Part shown: positions 18,489 through 29,100 of the stretch, one piece after another | How the letters are laid out: the number at the start of each line of letters is the position of its first letter | Numbering within the stretch: the stretch's first letter is position 1 | NCBI GenBank assembly: GCA_963663765.2 | Contig: CAXXUA010000005.1 | Coordinates: 1,504,001-1,568,000, forward strand | Direction of reading: 5' to 3' | Length of the DNA stretch: 64,000 nucleotides | DNA from: Candidatus Poribacteria bacterium | Lineage (GTDB): Bacteria > Poribacteria > WGA-4E > WGA-3G | Notes under the pieces: generated by a model | What the model was told of the DNA's origin: nothing | Seen by the model: the letters and a program-made list of their open reading frames with translations, nothing else | The model's database searches: none | Translations under genes and position numbers: made by a program

Positions 18489-18900
18489 CAGGGTTATTTA
18501 GTTTTAAGAGTCTTCTGTTATTGAGATTTACTGAAAGTTAATACCCAGGTTCGATTTCCTAACCGAACTTTCTGCATCAGTTTTAGATTATTGAAACATG
18601 AACATTGCTCTTTAGTCCCGTAGGGACGATATGTTTATAGAAAACAAATACCCTCCACAACTCTTTAGTCCCGTAGGGACGATATGTTTATAGAAAACGA
18701 ATACCCTCCACAGCTCTTTAGTCCCGTAGGGACGATATGTTTATTCTTCTATGTCGTTCCTACGGAACTCAATTGGGGTGGAAAACATTTTCTATAAACA
18801 TATCGTCCCTACGGGACTAAAGAAATGGACAAGATGGTAACCCATAAAATTAACGACATAGCAAAATAATATCAAAAATATTGAAAACTAAATAATCCTG
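18489..18900. mobile_element. MITE with CAGGG-type TIR and three tandem TTAGTCCCGTAGGGACGATATG arms
   Basis: CAGGGTTATTTAGTTTT ... AAAACTAAATAATCCTG. Confidence 0.8.
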
Positions 18901-18911
18901 GCCAATAATAG

Positions 18912-19018
18912 ACATTCTGCCAGATTGTGTGGGTAACTTTAGCACATTCTGCCAGATTGTGCGGGCAGTTGTAGCACATTCTGACAGATTGCGCATATAA
19001 ATTATTCTGACAGATTGC
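18912..19018 (+). repeat. Four short direct repeats ATTCTG(C/A)CAGATTG
   Basis: Copies at 18912, 18944, 18976 (32-bp period) and 19004. Confidence 0.75.
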
Positions 19019-19266
19019 TGATATAGTCATTTCTATTGTCAAATTAGACGCTATGATAATTAAAAATACTTCAACGAAAACCTGAAGTTATTTTTTTTTT
19101 TGTAATCCTAACAATATCACAGAGCAATGGTAGATCAACACTATATACTCATTCAATTGAAACACTCAAAAATGGCGAAGGTATTATATTATAATGTATC
19201 ATGTTTGGTTGTTTCCAATTTATATGTGGTGTGAAACAATAAATATCCAATATATATACAATAGTT

Positions 19267-21657
19267 CTATTGTGGACGTATGATGAGTTTTATTTTTGTG
19301 CCTTTTGGTGGAATGACATCGGTGTTGACGCGATAAGTGCGGTCATCGGTGCCGCCGGGTAGAGGATTGTTGAGCAGCGCATCTGGGTCACGGTATACAG
19401 CGATGATATTGTGAAATAGTTGTGAAGTCAGTTGATTGTTTATAAGCCGTCCCCCCGTGAAGACCCAATGTGTTTTCTGCATGGGTTTTTGTGAGAGGGC
19501 ATTCCAAACCAGTTCTCGTGCTGTGTAGGATACAACTTCATCGCCTTTGTCCCATTCCACCCAAACTTGGACGTGCGATCCTTTTGGGTCATGTGGGTCT
19601 CCAACGACTGAGAGATTTCTACCGGGTTCAAGATCCAACATACCGAGTGCGATAAAAATATAAATCGTCTCTGCGTCAAGGATGATGATGCTTTCATGGG
19701 ACTTCCCAAGTGTCCCGCATGCAAAGAATTCTATGATTGTATCATCCGTTGCGATGTTGATTTCACCGGGAATAGTTATCTCTTTTTTCTCAGTATTTAG
19801 GGTGACATTTCCCAGCTGGTAAAGATTTTCACCGATTTTTTTGGGTTTTGCTAATTTCACATCTGTAGGGTCAGTGGATTTTGGGTGGATAGTGATGGTT
19901 ACCGATTCTGTGTTATCGCTTTTATTTATGTCTTCATAATCAACAAGTACGGTGACCTCTGTGTCTCCTTCCTGTTTGGGTACCCAATCAATTGTAACGA
20001 CAGATTCGCTAAGTTTAGCTGTCCAGAGGACATCTGTTGTTTTGATTTCAATGTCATCAGCAAAGAATTTGACTTTCAGCAATTTATCAAGGGGTGTACC
20101 GCTATTTCTAAGCGTTGTGCTGAGTTTTACAGGTTCCCCGACACGTGGTGCGGGAGGTGAAAACCGCAAACTTTTTGGTGTGACACTGATGTTGGGTTCA
20201 CTGGGTCCAACGAGTGCACGGCTTAATGTCATGACAGCGAAACATGTAGTGAGAAAGTCACTCTCCGTCCCGTGCCATCTGCCATCGGTTTGCTGGTTCG
20301 CAACCATCATTTGAGAAATTTCATCGTACCAGTTGTGTCCTGCTAAAGTATCTATTTTTGGTGGGATGTCGCTAAATCGTTGTAGGGAGAGCAGATAATA
20401 ATAGAGCCATGAATTTGATCCTGGATTTCGTGTGAGTGTCCAGTATTTTCTAAGCCAATTTATGCCGTTTTGTATCTGTTTATCTTCAACGGAAACACCA
20501 CATGCTCGGAGTGCCCATAGTCCTGTAGCGGTCATGCTGCCGTAGACACCGATTGCCCAAGGGGATCCGTCGTCCACTAAATTATAGACCCATCCGCCAG
20601 TATCTTTTTGGTTTCCGCGTATCCACTTTTCGGCACGTGTCCATGTATCTTGTGGAATTTGCAGACCCCACTGTTTTGCGGCATACAGTGCATAGATGAC
20701 CATGTTCATGTGCGCGCCGTCAGCAGTGTATCCGTAACCCCAACCGCCATCATCTCTTGGGTCAGCATATTCGCTGTCTTTTACGGGGAGTTGTTTTTCT
20801 ACTAATTGGTTCACAGCGAATTGTGCGCGTTCTCTATATTTTTCGTTTTCCGTTGCAACTAATACTGGTATGAGAACAGCGTATTGGTATACCTCAAGCG
20901 TGTTCCAGTCTTGCTCCAGAAGGAATGCAATTCCTTTCTGAACTGACAAGTCATTTTGCTTCCTTCCCGCTGCAAATAGTGCTTGTAGTGCCAATGAGGT
21001 TTCTTGTATACGGTCTTCACCGAAGTTCCAAACTGAGCCTGGGACAAAGTTTTCTGGTAGACCCTTTAGGCTTGCCTGACAGATAAAACAAGATAGAATG
21101 ATCTGGTTTTCGGTACCACATTGCAGACAAGTGCGGCTGCTCTTTCCTTGCCGTGATTCTATCCATGCGACCCCTTTGTCTATAGATGCTTGTATCTGTT
21201 GCTTCGTTATTGTGGGGAAGGATTTTGCTGTAGCCACGACAGATGCATGGGTGATGTTATTCGTATTGTCTGCTTCGTGGATATATTTATCACCCTTGGG
21301 ATTGACGACTGCGTAGATTTCAGTTTTGCCGGGGGGTGGTTGCCATTTTGCGGATATACGGTCGGTTTTACCGGGTTTCAGGTCTAAAATGACATCGTTG
21401 CTTAAGATTTGAAGTGGGTTGGTCTCTGGTTTTCCTTCATAAAGATCTACCAGTAAATCTTCATTCATCGTTGGTGATTTGGTGCCGATGTTTTTTACAT
21501 CAACCCAAATCGTTATCTCTTCTCCTTCAACGGGTGTTGGGTTCGAGAAGGTAATGCTTTTGGTGTCAACCTGAAAATCTGGGAGTTGCGCGTAAGAATG
21601 TTCGCATAGAAACATTATCGCGAGTATTCCAATGATGAGAGTGAATAATCTTTTCAT
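19267..21657 (-). CDS. Secreted CARDB / prenyltransferase-squalene-oxidase-like repeat / CARDB / YdjY-like multidomain protein
   Basis: Signal peptide; Ig-like VKNIG..EADNTNN; DGGWGY, QKDTGGWVY, QQTDGRW repeats; C-terminal KSHES..WVFTGG. Confidence 0.75.
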   Translation of the reverse strand: MKRLFTLIIGILAIMFLCEHSYAQLPDFQVDTKSITFSNPTPVEGEEITIWVDVKNIGTKSPTMNEDLLVDLYEGKPETNPLQILSNDVILDLKPGKTDRISAKWQPPPGKTEIYAVVNPKGDKYIHEADNTNNITHASVVATAKSFPTITKQQIQASIDKGVAWIESRQGKSSRTCLQCGTENQIILSCFICQASLKGLPENFVPGSVWNFGEDRIQETSLALQALFAAGRKQNDLSVQKGIAFLLEQDWNTLEVYQYAVLIPVLVATENEKYRERAQFAVNQLVEKQLPVKDSEYADPRDDGGWGYGYTADGAHMNMVIYALYAAKQWGLQIPQDTWTRAEKWIRGNQKDTGGWVYNLVDDGSPWAIGVYGSMTATGLWALRACGVSVEDKQIQNGINWLRKYWTLTRNPGSNSWLYYYLLSLQRFSDIPPKIDTLAGHNWYDEISQMMVANQQTDGRWHGTESDFLTTCFAVMTLSRALVGPSEPNISVTPKSLRFSPPAPRVGEPVKLSTTLRNSGTPLDKLLKVKFFADDIEIKTTDVLWTAKLSESVVTIDWVPKQEGDTEVTVLVDYEDINKSDNTESVTITIHPKSTDPTDVKLAKPKKIGENLYQLGNVTLNTEKKEITIPGEINIATDDTIIEFFACGTLGKSHESIIILDAETIYIFIALGMLDLEPGRNLSVVGDPHDPKGSHVQVWVEWDKGDEVVSYTARELVWNALSQKPMQKTHWVFTGGRLINNQLTSQLFHNIIAVYRDPDALLNNPLPGGTDDRTYRVNTDVIPPKGTKIKLIIRPQ

Positions 21658-21771
21658 GGCACATCTCCCATACTCAAGTTAGAGGTTTAGAAGGTAGTAT
21701 CTTATTGCTATGCAATGCGTAGTGAAGAAATAGGACATGCCTGCAGGTTTTCAACAGTTGCTATTTGTCCA

Positions 21772-22731
21772 TCATTCGCTTTCCCAATAACCGATGGAGA
21801 CGGTTGAGGGTTGTGGTACATTGTTATAGAAACGTTTCTGACCGTTTGCCTTCCACTTACTTACTTCACCTTGGTATGATTGTCCGAGTAGATCTGCAAC
21901 CCATATTTCTCCGTCAGCGGGAGAATAGGTTACAGCGACGATTGCCATGCCTGCAGAAAATTCTTTTACTTTTGTTCCGGTCGGAGATAAATTTATCAGC
22001 ATATTATTATTTGATGCGACCCAAACGCTGCCGTCTTTTGGATTGACGCTGGGGGAAACAGGACTTGGGATGTCAACTTTCTTTACCAATTCCGTTCCAT
22101 CAGGTGATATACGTACAAGGGTGTTATCTTGTGTATCGGCAATCCAGACGTTGCCTTGATAATCTACAGACATGCCTCCTTTGGGTTCCTGCATAGGGGG
22201 TGCGGTTGCAACTTGATTTCCGTTTGCGTCGTAACGTCCGATTGGTCCTTTACTGTCAGCGATCCAGCAGCTGCCATCTTTTGGATTAACAACGACATCA
22301 AACCTGCCAATGTCATCATTGGTAGGACCGTCGGGTGGTATGACCTGAGCAAGTATTGATTTTCCATCTGCGGATACTTTACGGGTTCCGTCCAGTCCTG
22401 CTATCCAAACTGTGCCATCTGTGGGGTTAATAGAAATTCGTGTCGGTGCTTTGATGTTGAGAGGTTCTGAGAAAACATTGGCAGCAGGATCATATCTTGT
22501 AACTGCATTTCCAGCTGAATCTGCGATCCATACAACACCACTAACAGGATTGACTGCAACTGCACTTGCATTCGTTAGATCTTGTATAACGGTTGGGTCA
22601 GCTGCACCGTTTGCGTGTAATTTATAGACTTTGTCTCCACCACTGACAACCCAACATTCTCCATTATATTCTGCGTGTCCTATCACTGCACATATCATTA
22701 TTAGCATTGCTGCCCACATAAACTTTTTCAT
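21772..22731 (-). CDS. Secreted beta-propeller repeat protein (NHL/Vgb-like)
   Basis: Signal peptide; repeated VNPxDGxVWIAD. Confidence 0.8.
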   Translation of the reverse strand: MKKFMWAAMLIMICAVIGHAEYNGECWVVSGGDKVYKLHANGAADPTVIQDLTNASAVAVNPVSGVVWIADSAGNAVTRYDPAANVFSEPLNIKAPTRISINPTDGTVWIAGLDGTRKVSADGKSILAQVIPPDGPTNDDIGRFDVVVNPKDGSCWIADSKGPIGRYDANGNQVATAPPMQEPKGGMSVDYQGNVWIADTQDNTLVRISPDGTELVKKVDIPSPVSPSVNPKDGSVWVASNNNMLINLSPTGTKVKEFSAGMAIVAVTYSPADGEIWVADLLGQSYQGEVSKWKANGQKRFYNNVPQPSTVSIGYWESE

Positions 22732-22769
22732 TGCTTGTATATCCTTTTACCTTCAATTTTGGTTCCGTC

Positions 22770-23518
22770 AGGACTTACGCACCCAACGGTAGGCGCGCTT
22801 TGATGAAGATTAATTTATTAATTCGGTAATAAATATTTCTCATACGGTAGGCGTGCTTTGTAAGCGCGCCACCCGATGGTAGACGTGCTTTGTAAGCGCA
22901 CCCCCGATGGTAGGCGTGCTTTGTAAGCGCACCACCCAACTGCAGGCGTGCTTTGTAAGCGCGCCACCGATGGTAGACGTGCTTTGTAAGCGCGCCCCCC
23001 AACTGCAGGCGTGCTTTGTAAGCGCACCACCCGATGGTAGACGTGCTTTGTAAGCGCACCCCCGATGGTAGGCGTGCTTTGTAAGCGCGCCCCCCAACTG
23101 CAGGCGTGCTTTGTAAGCGCACCACCCAACTGCAGGCGTGCTTTGTAAGCGCACCACCCGATGGTAGACGTGCTTTGTAAGCGCACCACCCGATGGTAGA
23201 CGTGCTTTGTAAGCGCACCACCCAACTGCAGGCGTGCTTTGTAAGCGCACCACCCAACTGCAGGCGTGCTTTGTAAGCGCACCCCCCAACTGCAGGCGTG
23301 CTTTGTAAGCGCACCACCCAACTGCAGGCGTGCTTTGTAAGCGCGCCACCGATGGTAGACGTGCTTTGTAAGCGAGCCACCGATGGTAGACGTGCTTTGT
23401 AAGCTCACCACCCGATGGTAGACGTGCTTTGTAAGCGCGCTGGAAACCGAAAAAATGCTGAATATTACACCATTTTCGTCATAATTCTTCATCAAATCAT
23501 GAAAACTGCGTAAGTCCT
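22770..23518. mobile_element. MITE with AGGACTTACGCA TIR enclosing a REP array
   Basis: AGGACTTACGCA (22770) / TGCGTAAGTCCT (23507-23518); no clear target duplication. Confidence 0.7.
22846..23440 (+). repeat. Tandem array of about 19 REP arms (about 30-33 bp units)
   Basis: G(T/C)AG(G/A)CGTGCTTTGTAAGCGC core with CCCGATG or CCCAACT linkers. Confidence 0.92.
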
Positions 23519-23840
23519 ATTCGTAATAGAATGTATATAAAACATAGTAGAACTTGTGCTATAGATTGTAGCATTTTCCGTAGTTATTTTCAAGTTGTTT
23601 TGTGTGTGTGTCATGATTCGTTTGATTGTTTCATGTCACGGTGTTGTGAGCAATTGTGATGCCAATTGTCGTAAGCGAATGCTGTGTGGAATTATGTTAA
23701 TTTTTGCGAAAGTGTAATGGATATTGTCAGAAAATGGACAGTGTTGTTGTTAATTGGACAGTACTTGTGGGTTGATAATGTAGTCCATTGTCTGAAGAAT
23801 GATTTACTTTCTAACAATAACAAATTGCTCAGGGTTATTG

Positions 23841-24383
23841 ATGGTAAATTACGGCATTAATTACACACTTGTACAGGTAGGAGCGACCTCCTGGTCGCGA
23901 CCGTTCCCTGCGGTGGTAGGAGCAACCTCACGATCGCAAACGTTCCCTGCGGTGGTAGGAGCAACCTCACGATCGCAAACGTTCCCTGCGGTGGTAGGAG
24001 CAACCTCACGATCGCGAACGTTCCCTGCATTGGTAGGAGCAACCTCACGATCACGACCGTTCCCTGCGGTGGTAGGAGCAACCTCCCGGTCGCGAACGTT
24101 CCCTGCGGTGGTAGGAGCGACCTCCCGGTCGCGAACGTTCCCTGCGGTGGTAGGAGCAACCTCACGATCGCGAACGTTCCCTGCGGTGGTAGGAGCGACC
24201 TCCCGGTCGCGAACGTTCCCTGCGGTGGTAGGAGCGACCTCCCGGTCGCGACCGTATGGAGACCATGTATCAAAACATTCGCGACCGGGAGGTCGCTCCT
24301 AACCAGAGAAACGAATAGAAAACTTACATGACAGCAAATATGGTAAATTGTAACAATGTAAACTAATTTTCAAATTTCACCAT
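23841..24383. mobile_element. MITE (ATGGTAAATT...AATTTCACCAT) with 10 x 39-bp REP arms and one closing inverted arm
   Basis: GTAGGAGC(G/A)ACCTC.. units from 23877 to 24228 at 39-bp period; closing arm 24279-24303; sibling of 34645-35390. Confidence 0.85.
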
Positions 24384-24412
24384 AAATAACTCTGCACACT
24401 GTTTTGAAATCA

Positions 24413-24441
24413 TTGCGATCTTTTTGAACATACGTTATAAT
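24413..24441 (+). promoter_or_regulatory. Putative promoter of the hsdM operon
   Basis: TTGCGA-17 bp-TATAAT. Confidence 0.5.
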
Positions 24442-24487
24442 TTCACTTATAGTAAAGTTTAATCATAAAACCGAAGGAACATATCAC

Positions 24488-26131
24488 TTGCCAAAGAAGA
24501 AAACCCCAATAGATCCCACGCAAATTCCACTCCCCTTAGAATCCGAAAACGACGAACATTTAGATATTTCCACGCTTGAAACATGGCTATGGGATGCTGC
24601 TTGTGTGATACGCGGCAAAACCGATGCACCCAAATTCAAGGATTTCATCTTACCGCTAATCTTCTATAAACGACTCTCCGATGTGTTTGATGACGAATTT
24701 GAAAAACAGAAAACGGAATACGATGATGAAGAATTGGCACGAGAGATTGTTAAGGCAGACCATGAAGACGCGCTAAAATCCGGACGTAACCCGATTGTCC
24801 GTTTCTATATTCCACAGGAGTACAGTTGGGAAGCACTCCGAAACCAGCCCGCGGATGGTCGGTTAGGACAGTTTGTTACCGATGCGATGCGCGAGGTCGC
24901 AAATAAAAATCCACGCTTACAAGGTGTACTCAATGTAGAGGACTTTAGCGAAACACAAAGCGGACAGCGACTAATCGACGACCAACGCCTCGAAAAACTT
25001 ATTGAGATCATTAGTCAACATCGACTTGGACTTGAAAATGCGGAGCCAGATATCCTTGGACGTGCTTATGAGTATCTGTTGCGAAAGTTTGCCGAAGGAC
25101 AAGGACAGAGCGCAGGTGAGTTCTATACACCGAAAGAAGTTGGTTGGCTAATGGCAAAACTGCTTAACCCCGAACCCTATTCAACTATTTACGACCCCGC
25201 ATGCGGTTCAGGCGGGCTGCTTATCAAAGGACGATTGCAATTTGATGAAACGCACCCCGATGAAAAAAGTCAAGCACCCCGCATCTATGGACAAGAACTA
25301 ACCCCTACAACCTACGCAATGGCAAAAATGAACGCCTTTCTCCACGATTTTATTAGCGCAGATATACAGATAGGCGATACTTTCCGTAACCCACGTTTTG
25401 CCGCTGACAATTCAAAACTCCAACGTTTTGACTATGTGGTAGCAAATCCGATGTGGAATCAGAAGGAATATGACGATGACTTTTACGAAAATGATAATTG
25501 GAATAGGTTTTCGGACGGAACCCCGCCAAGTTCCTCTGCAGATTGGGCATGGGTGCAGCACATGCTCGCTTCTCTAAAAGATAACGGACGTGCCACAATT
25601 GTGCTGGATACCGGCGCAGTCTCTCGCGGTTCTGGTGCTAAACAGACTAATCGGGAGCGTGATATCCGCAAAATATTTGTTGAAAAAGATCTGATTGAAG
25701 GTGTAATACTGCTGCCCGATAATCTGTTTTACAATACAACTGCACCGGGCATTATCTTACTGCTAAACCGCAACAAACCGGAGGAACGCAAAGAACAGGT
25801 CCTGCTTATTAACCTCTCGCAGCATTTTGAGAAAGGAAAACCGAAAAACGTCCTAACCGATGAAGCAATCACAGCAGCAACTGAAGTCTATGAAGCTTGG
25901 GAATCGCGTGAGAAATTGAGTAACGTTATCACATTGGAAGATGCACAGAAAACCGATTACAACCTGAGTCCTTCTCAGTTCGTTGATGTCGGTGACAAGG
26001 TTGTACACCGACCCGTGAATGAAATATTAGCTGACTTAACAGAGGCGCGTATTGCTCGCGAAAAAGCGGATAACGCTTTGGAAGAGGTGTTGACGCAACT
26101 TGGAATGAATATGGAGGAATTAAAACAATGA
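24488..26131 (+). CDS. hsdM: Type I restriction-modification methyltransferase subunit
   Basis: LWDAAC, GEFYTP, YDPACGSGG, ANPMW motif IV, LFYNT; TTG start. Confidence 0.95.
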   Translation: MPKKKTPIDPTQIPLPLESENDEHLDISTLETWLWDAACVIRGKTDAPKFKDFILPLIFYKRLSDVFDDEFEKQKTEYDDEELAREIVKADHEDALKSGRNPIVRFYIPQEYSWEALRNQPADGRLGQFVTDAMREVANKNPRLQGVLNVEDFSETQSGQRLIDDQRLEKLIEIISQHRLGLENAEPDILGRAYEYLLRKFAEGQGQSAGEFYTPKEVGWLMAKLLNPEPYSTIYDPACGSGGLLIKGRLQFDETHPDEKSQAPRIYGQELTPTTYAMAKMNAFLHDFISADIQIGDTFRNPRFAADNSKLQRFDYVVANPMWNQKEYDDDFYENDNWNRFSDGTPPSSSADWAWVQHMLASLKDNGRATIVLDTGAVSRGSGAKQTNRERDIRKIFVEKDLIEGVILLPDNLFYNTTAPGIILLLNRNKPEERKEQVLLINLSQHFEKGKPKNVLTDEAITAATEVYEAWESREKLSNVITLEDAQKTDYNLSPSQFVDVGDKVVHRPVNEILADLTEARIAREKADNALEEVLTQLGMNMEELKQ

Positions 26132-29100
26132 TTGATTGGTCTAAACTTAAACAGTATGAACGTGATCAACCTCGTAGTTTTGAAGAACTATGCTATCAAA
26201 TTGCAAAAGGACTACATGGAGATGAAGGACGTTTTACTTTCATAGACGATAGCGGTGGTGGTGACGGAGTTGAATTTTATCTTACCTTGCCAAACGGTGA
26301 CCAATGGGGATGGCAAGCCAAGTTTTACCATCCTAACAAACGACTGAGTAATAGCAGTCGAAAGCAATCAATCATAAAATCTCTAAAAAAAGCATGTAAA
26401 ATGCATCCGCGTTTGAAAAAATGGATTTTATGTACTCCAACTGAATTTACAACACACAAAGATAAGAATAACGAACAGGATTGGTTTGACAATATACTTC
26501 CTAAGTCAATTCCTGAAAAAATGGATGTTGAACTTATACACTGGGGAGATAGTGAATTCAACAATTGGTTGAGTGAACCCCGCTTTAGTGGAAAGCGAAA
26601 CTATTTCTTTGGTGAACTTGAACTTGATTTTGACTGGTTTAAAACACAGTTTGACAAGCAGATGGTTGGTGTAGGTGATAAATATGATTCGTCCTTACAT
26701 ACCGAAACTAACGTAGATGCTGAGGTTCATGCACTTCTTGGTGATAAAGCATTTGTGCAACAAATCTATGGATGGATTGTAAAACTTGAAGAAGAACTCA
26801 CAGATTTAAAGGATGCAATTAATAATATCAATTCTCCAATTCCGTATATTGAATGGAATGGAGAAGAAAGGTCTAAGGTCATCAAGGCAGCTGAATCACT
26901 TCAGGATTTCTTGCTAAACATCAATATACAGTTGAAACAAACAGGAGATCTTTTGGTTGAAAAAGACTTCTCAGAAGTGCAGTCCATAGATTGGAGGTTT
27001 GCCCTTGATCAGCTTCACAAAACTTTTAATGCCTATAGAAAAGTTGTGATGGAATCTGGCATAACAAAAATGAAGTGTACTACTGAAAAGCAATATGAAA
27101 ATCAAGTTTTAAACTATGCAAGCAGTATTGTTCATGGACCGGATAACTTAGTTGCCAGATTATTGGATAAATTTTTTCCATCTGTAATCTGGCAAAACGG
27201 ACTTATCAACGAATCGGATCTGCATATCCTTGGGGATGCTGGAATTGGCAAAACTCACATCGCCTGCAATATCTGTGACGATCGATTGAAAAACGGATTA
27301 CCCGCACTATTTGTTCGTGGAAGTCAATTTAGGACTGATCAAGCAGTTGAAGTTCAGTTGCGAGAACTTCTTGACATTCCACCATCCTATAGTTGGCACG
27401 ACTTTTTGCAAGCACTATCAGCCGCTGCTGAAGCATACCATACCCGTATTCCGTTGATAATTGATGGGCTTAATGAATCGGTACAAAACGGCACTTTTTC
27501 AAATATATGGGAATTCGGACTAAAAGGACTCGTTCAGGAGATAGCACAGACGAAGAACGTTGTGTTAATTACAACATGTCGCGGGAGTTATAAAGAGGCT
27601 ATTTGGAAAGAGGTCAGTCCAAGAGAAGACATCATTCTGGGAATGGTAATTTGGAAAGATAAGGATTCACTAAATTTGGTTTACGCTTACGGATTCTATA
27701 CCGACGAAGTAAAGCAGGAAGCAATTGAAAAGTATTTCAACACATATAAGATTAAAGCAGATCTTACGTTGGCACCGTTGAGACAGTTTGAACATCCTAT
27801 CTACCTTAAGATTTTCTGTGAAACTAAAAATCGAGAACGTAAGACCGTGAAAGAAATTTATGTTGGCGAGCAAACGCTATTTGAAGTATTTGAGGAATAC
27901 TTAAACCGATGTAATCGAGCAGTGTGTGAGCGTCTGGGTCGTCATCCGAAAACAAATATAGTCAAGCCAGCCTTGAACAAAATGGCGGAGTACTTGTGGC
28001 AACATAGCAGTCGCGAGATTCCCTTTGAAGAATTGGTCCGCATTGTAGACGGTCAACCCCGTGAACATTTGGATTGGCCGTCATCAAAAACGCGTGCCAT
28101 AGAAAGTGAAGGGTTGTTAGTCTATCGAGATTGGACAGGCGTTGGTGAAGTGATGCATTTTACCTATGACCTACTTGGAGGTTATCTGATTGCAAAATAC
28201 TTGGTTGAACAAGCTGCTGACGATGTGCATGGATTCTTAAATAGTAAGGAGACGACAGCAGTTCTATTTGGCAAAGATCATCAAAACTTACACCCGATGC
28301 ACGAAGACATTAGCAGATGTCTGGCTGCACTCCTACCAGCCAAGACAGGGCATTTTCTGCACGAGCTTTCAGATAATGAAAAGATATTCGGTTTATCAAT
28401 TCGTGCATTGTTTGAAATTTCACCACAAGATATAACGGAAAATTGTATACGTCTCGTTGCCAATTTCTTTGACGAATATAAAGAGAACCGAGATTGGTTT
28501 CTTAATTTAGCAGAAACCACCGTTGGACATTCCGATCATCCGTTCAATACTTCATTCTGGTCAGATCAACTTTCTGCCTTGTCTATGGTTGAAAGAGACT
28601 TAAGTTGGACGGAACACATCCGAAATAACCGTGAAAAATTTGAGGAGTTGGTGAAACGCTTTGAAAAAACTTCAAGGAACGACAAAGACATATCTGAGCT
28701 AAGTGCGAAACGCCTACATCTTTTAGCAGAATACATTATGTGGATTCTTACTTCAACTGTCAGACCATTACGTGATATAGCAACACGCGCACTTTACTGG
28801 TATGGACGAAGGTTTCCTCAAGAATTTTTTGATTTAGTCATGAAGTCTTTCACAATTAACGATTCTTATGTCTCTGAACGGATGTTAGCAGCAACTTACG
28901 GCATTGCAATGGCACGTCAAAACGATTTTGATGATACCAGTTTTGTGGATGAGATGTTACCTAAATATGCAGAACAATTGTATGAAAGCATGTTCAAGCC
29001 TAATGCACCGCATGCAACAACACACATATTAGCTCGTGATTATGCAAAGCGAACGATTGACATCGCCTTGATACATCACCCAACCTTACTATCGGATGAA

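Noticed and set aside
22775-23495. Long repetitive ORFs (ARLQSTP / ALTKHA / RAYKARL) here and at 1479-1807, 34620-35329, 40231-42390, 54766-55542
   Set aside because: Open frames are a by-product of stop-free tandem repeats, appear in several frames and strands at once, and lack credible starts.
25441-25460. HsdM motif IV reads NPMW rather than NPP(Y/F/W)
   Set aside because: The Asn, Pro and aromatic residues are retained and the gene is otherwise intact, so this is not evidence of inactivation.
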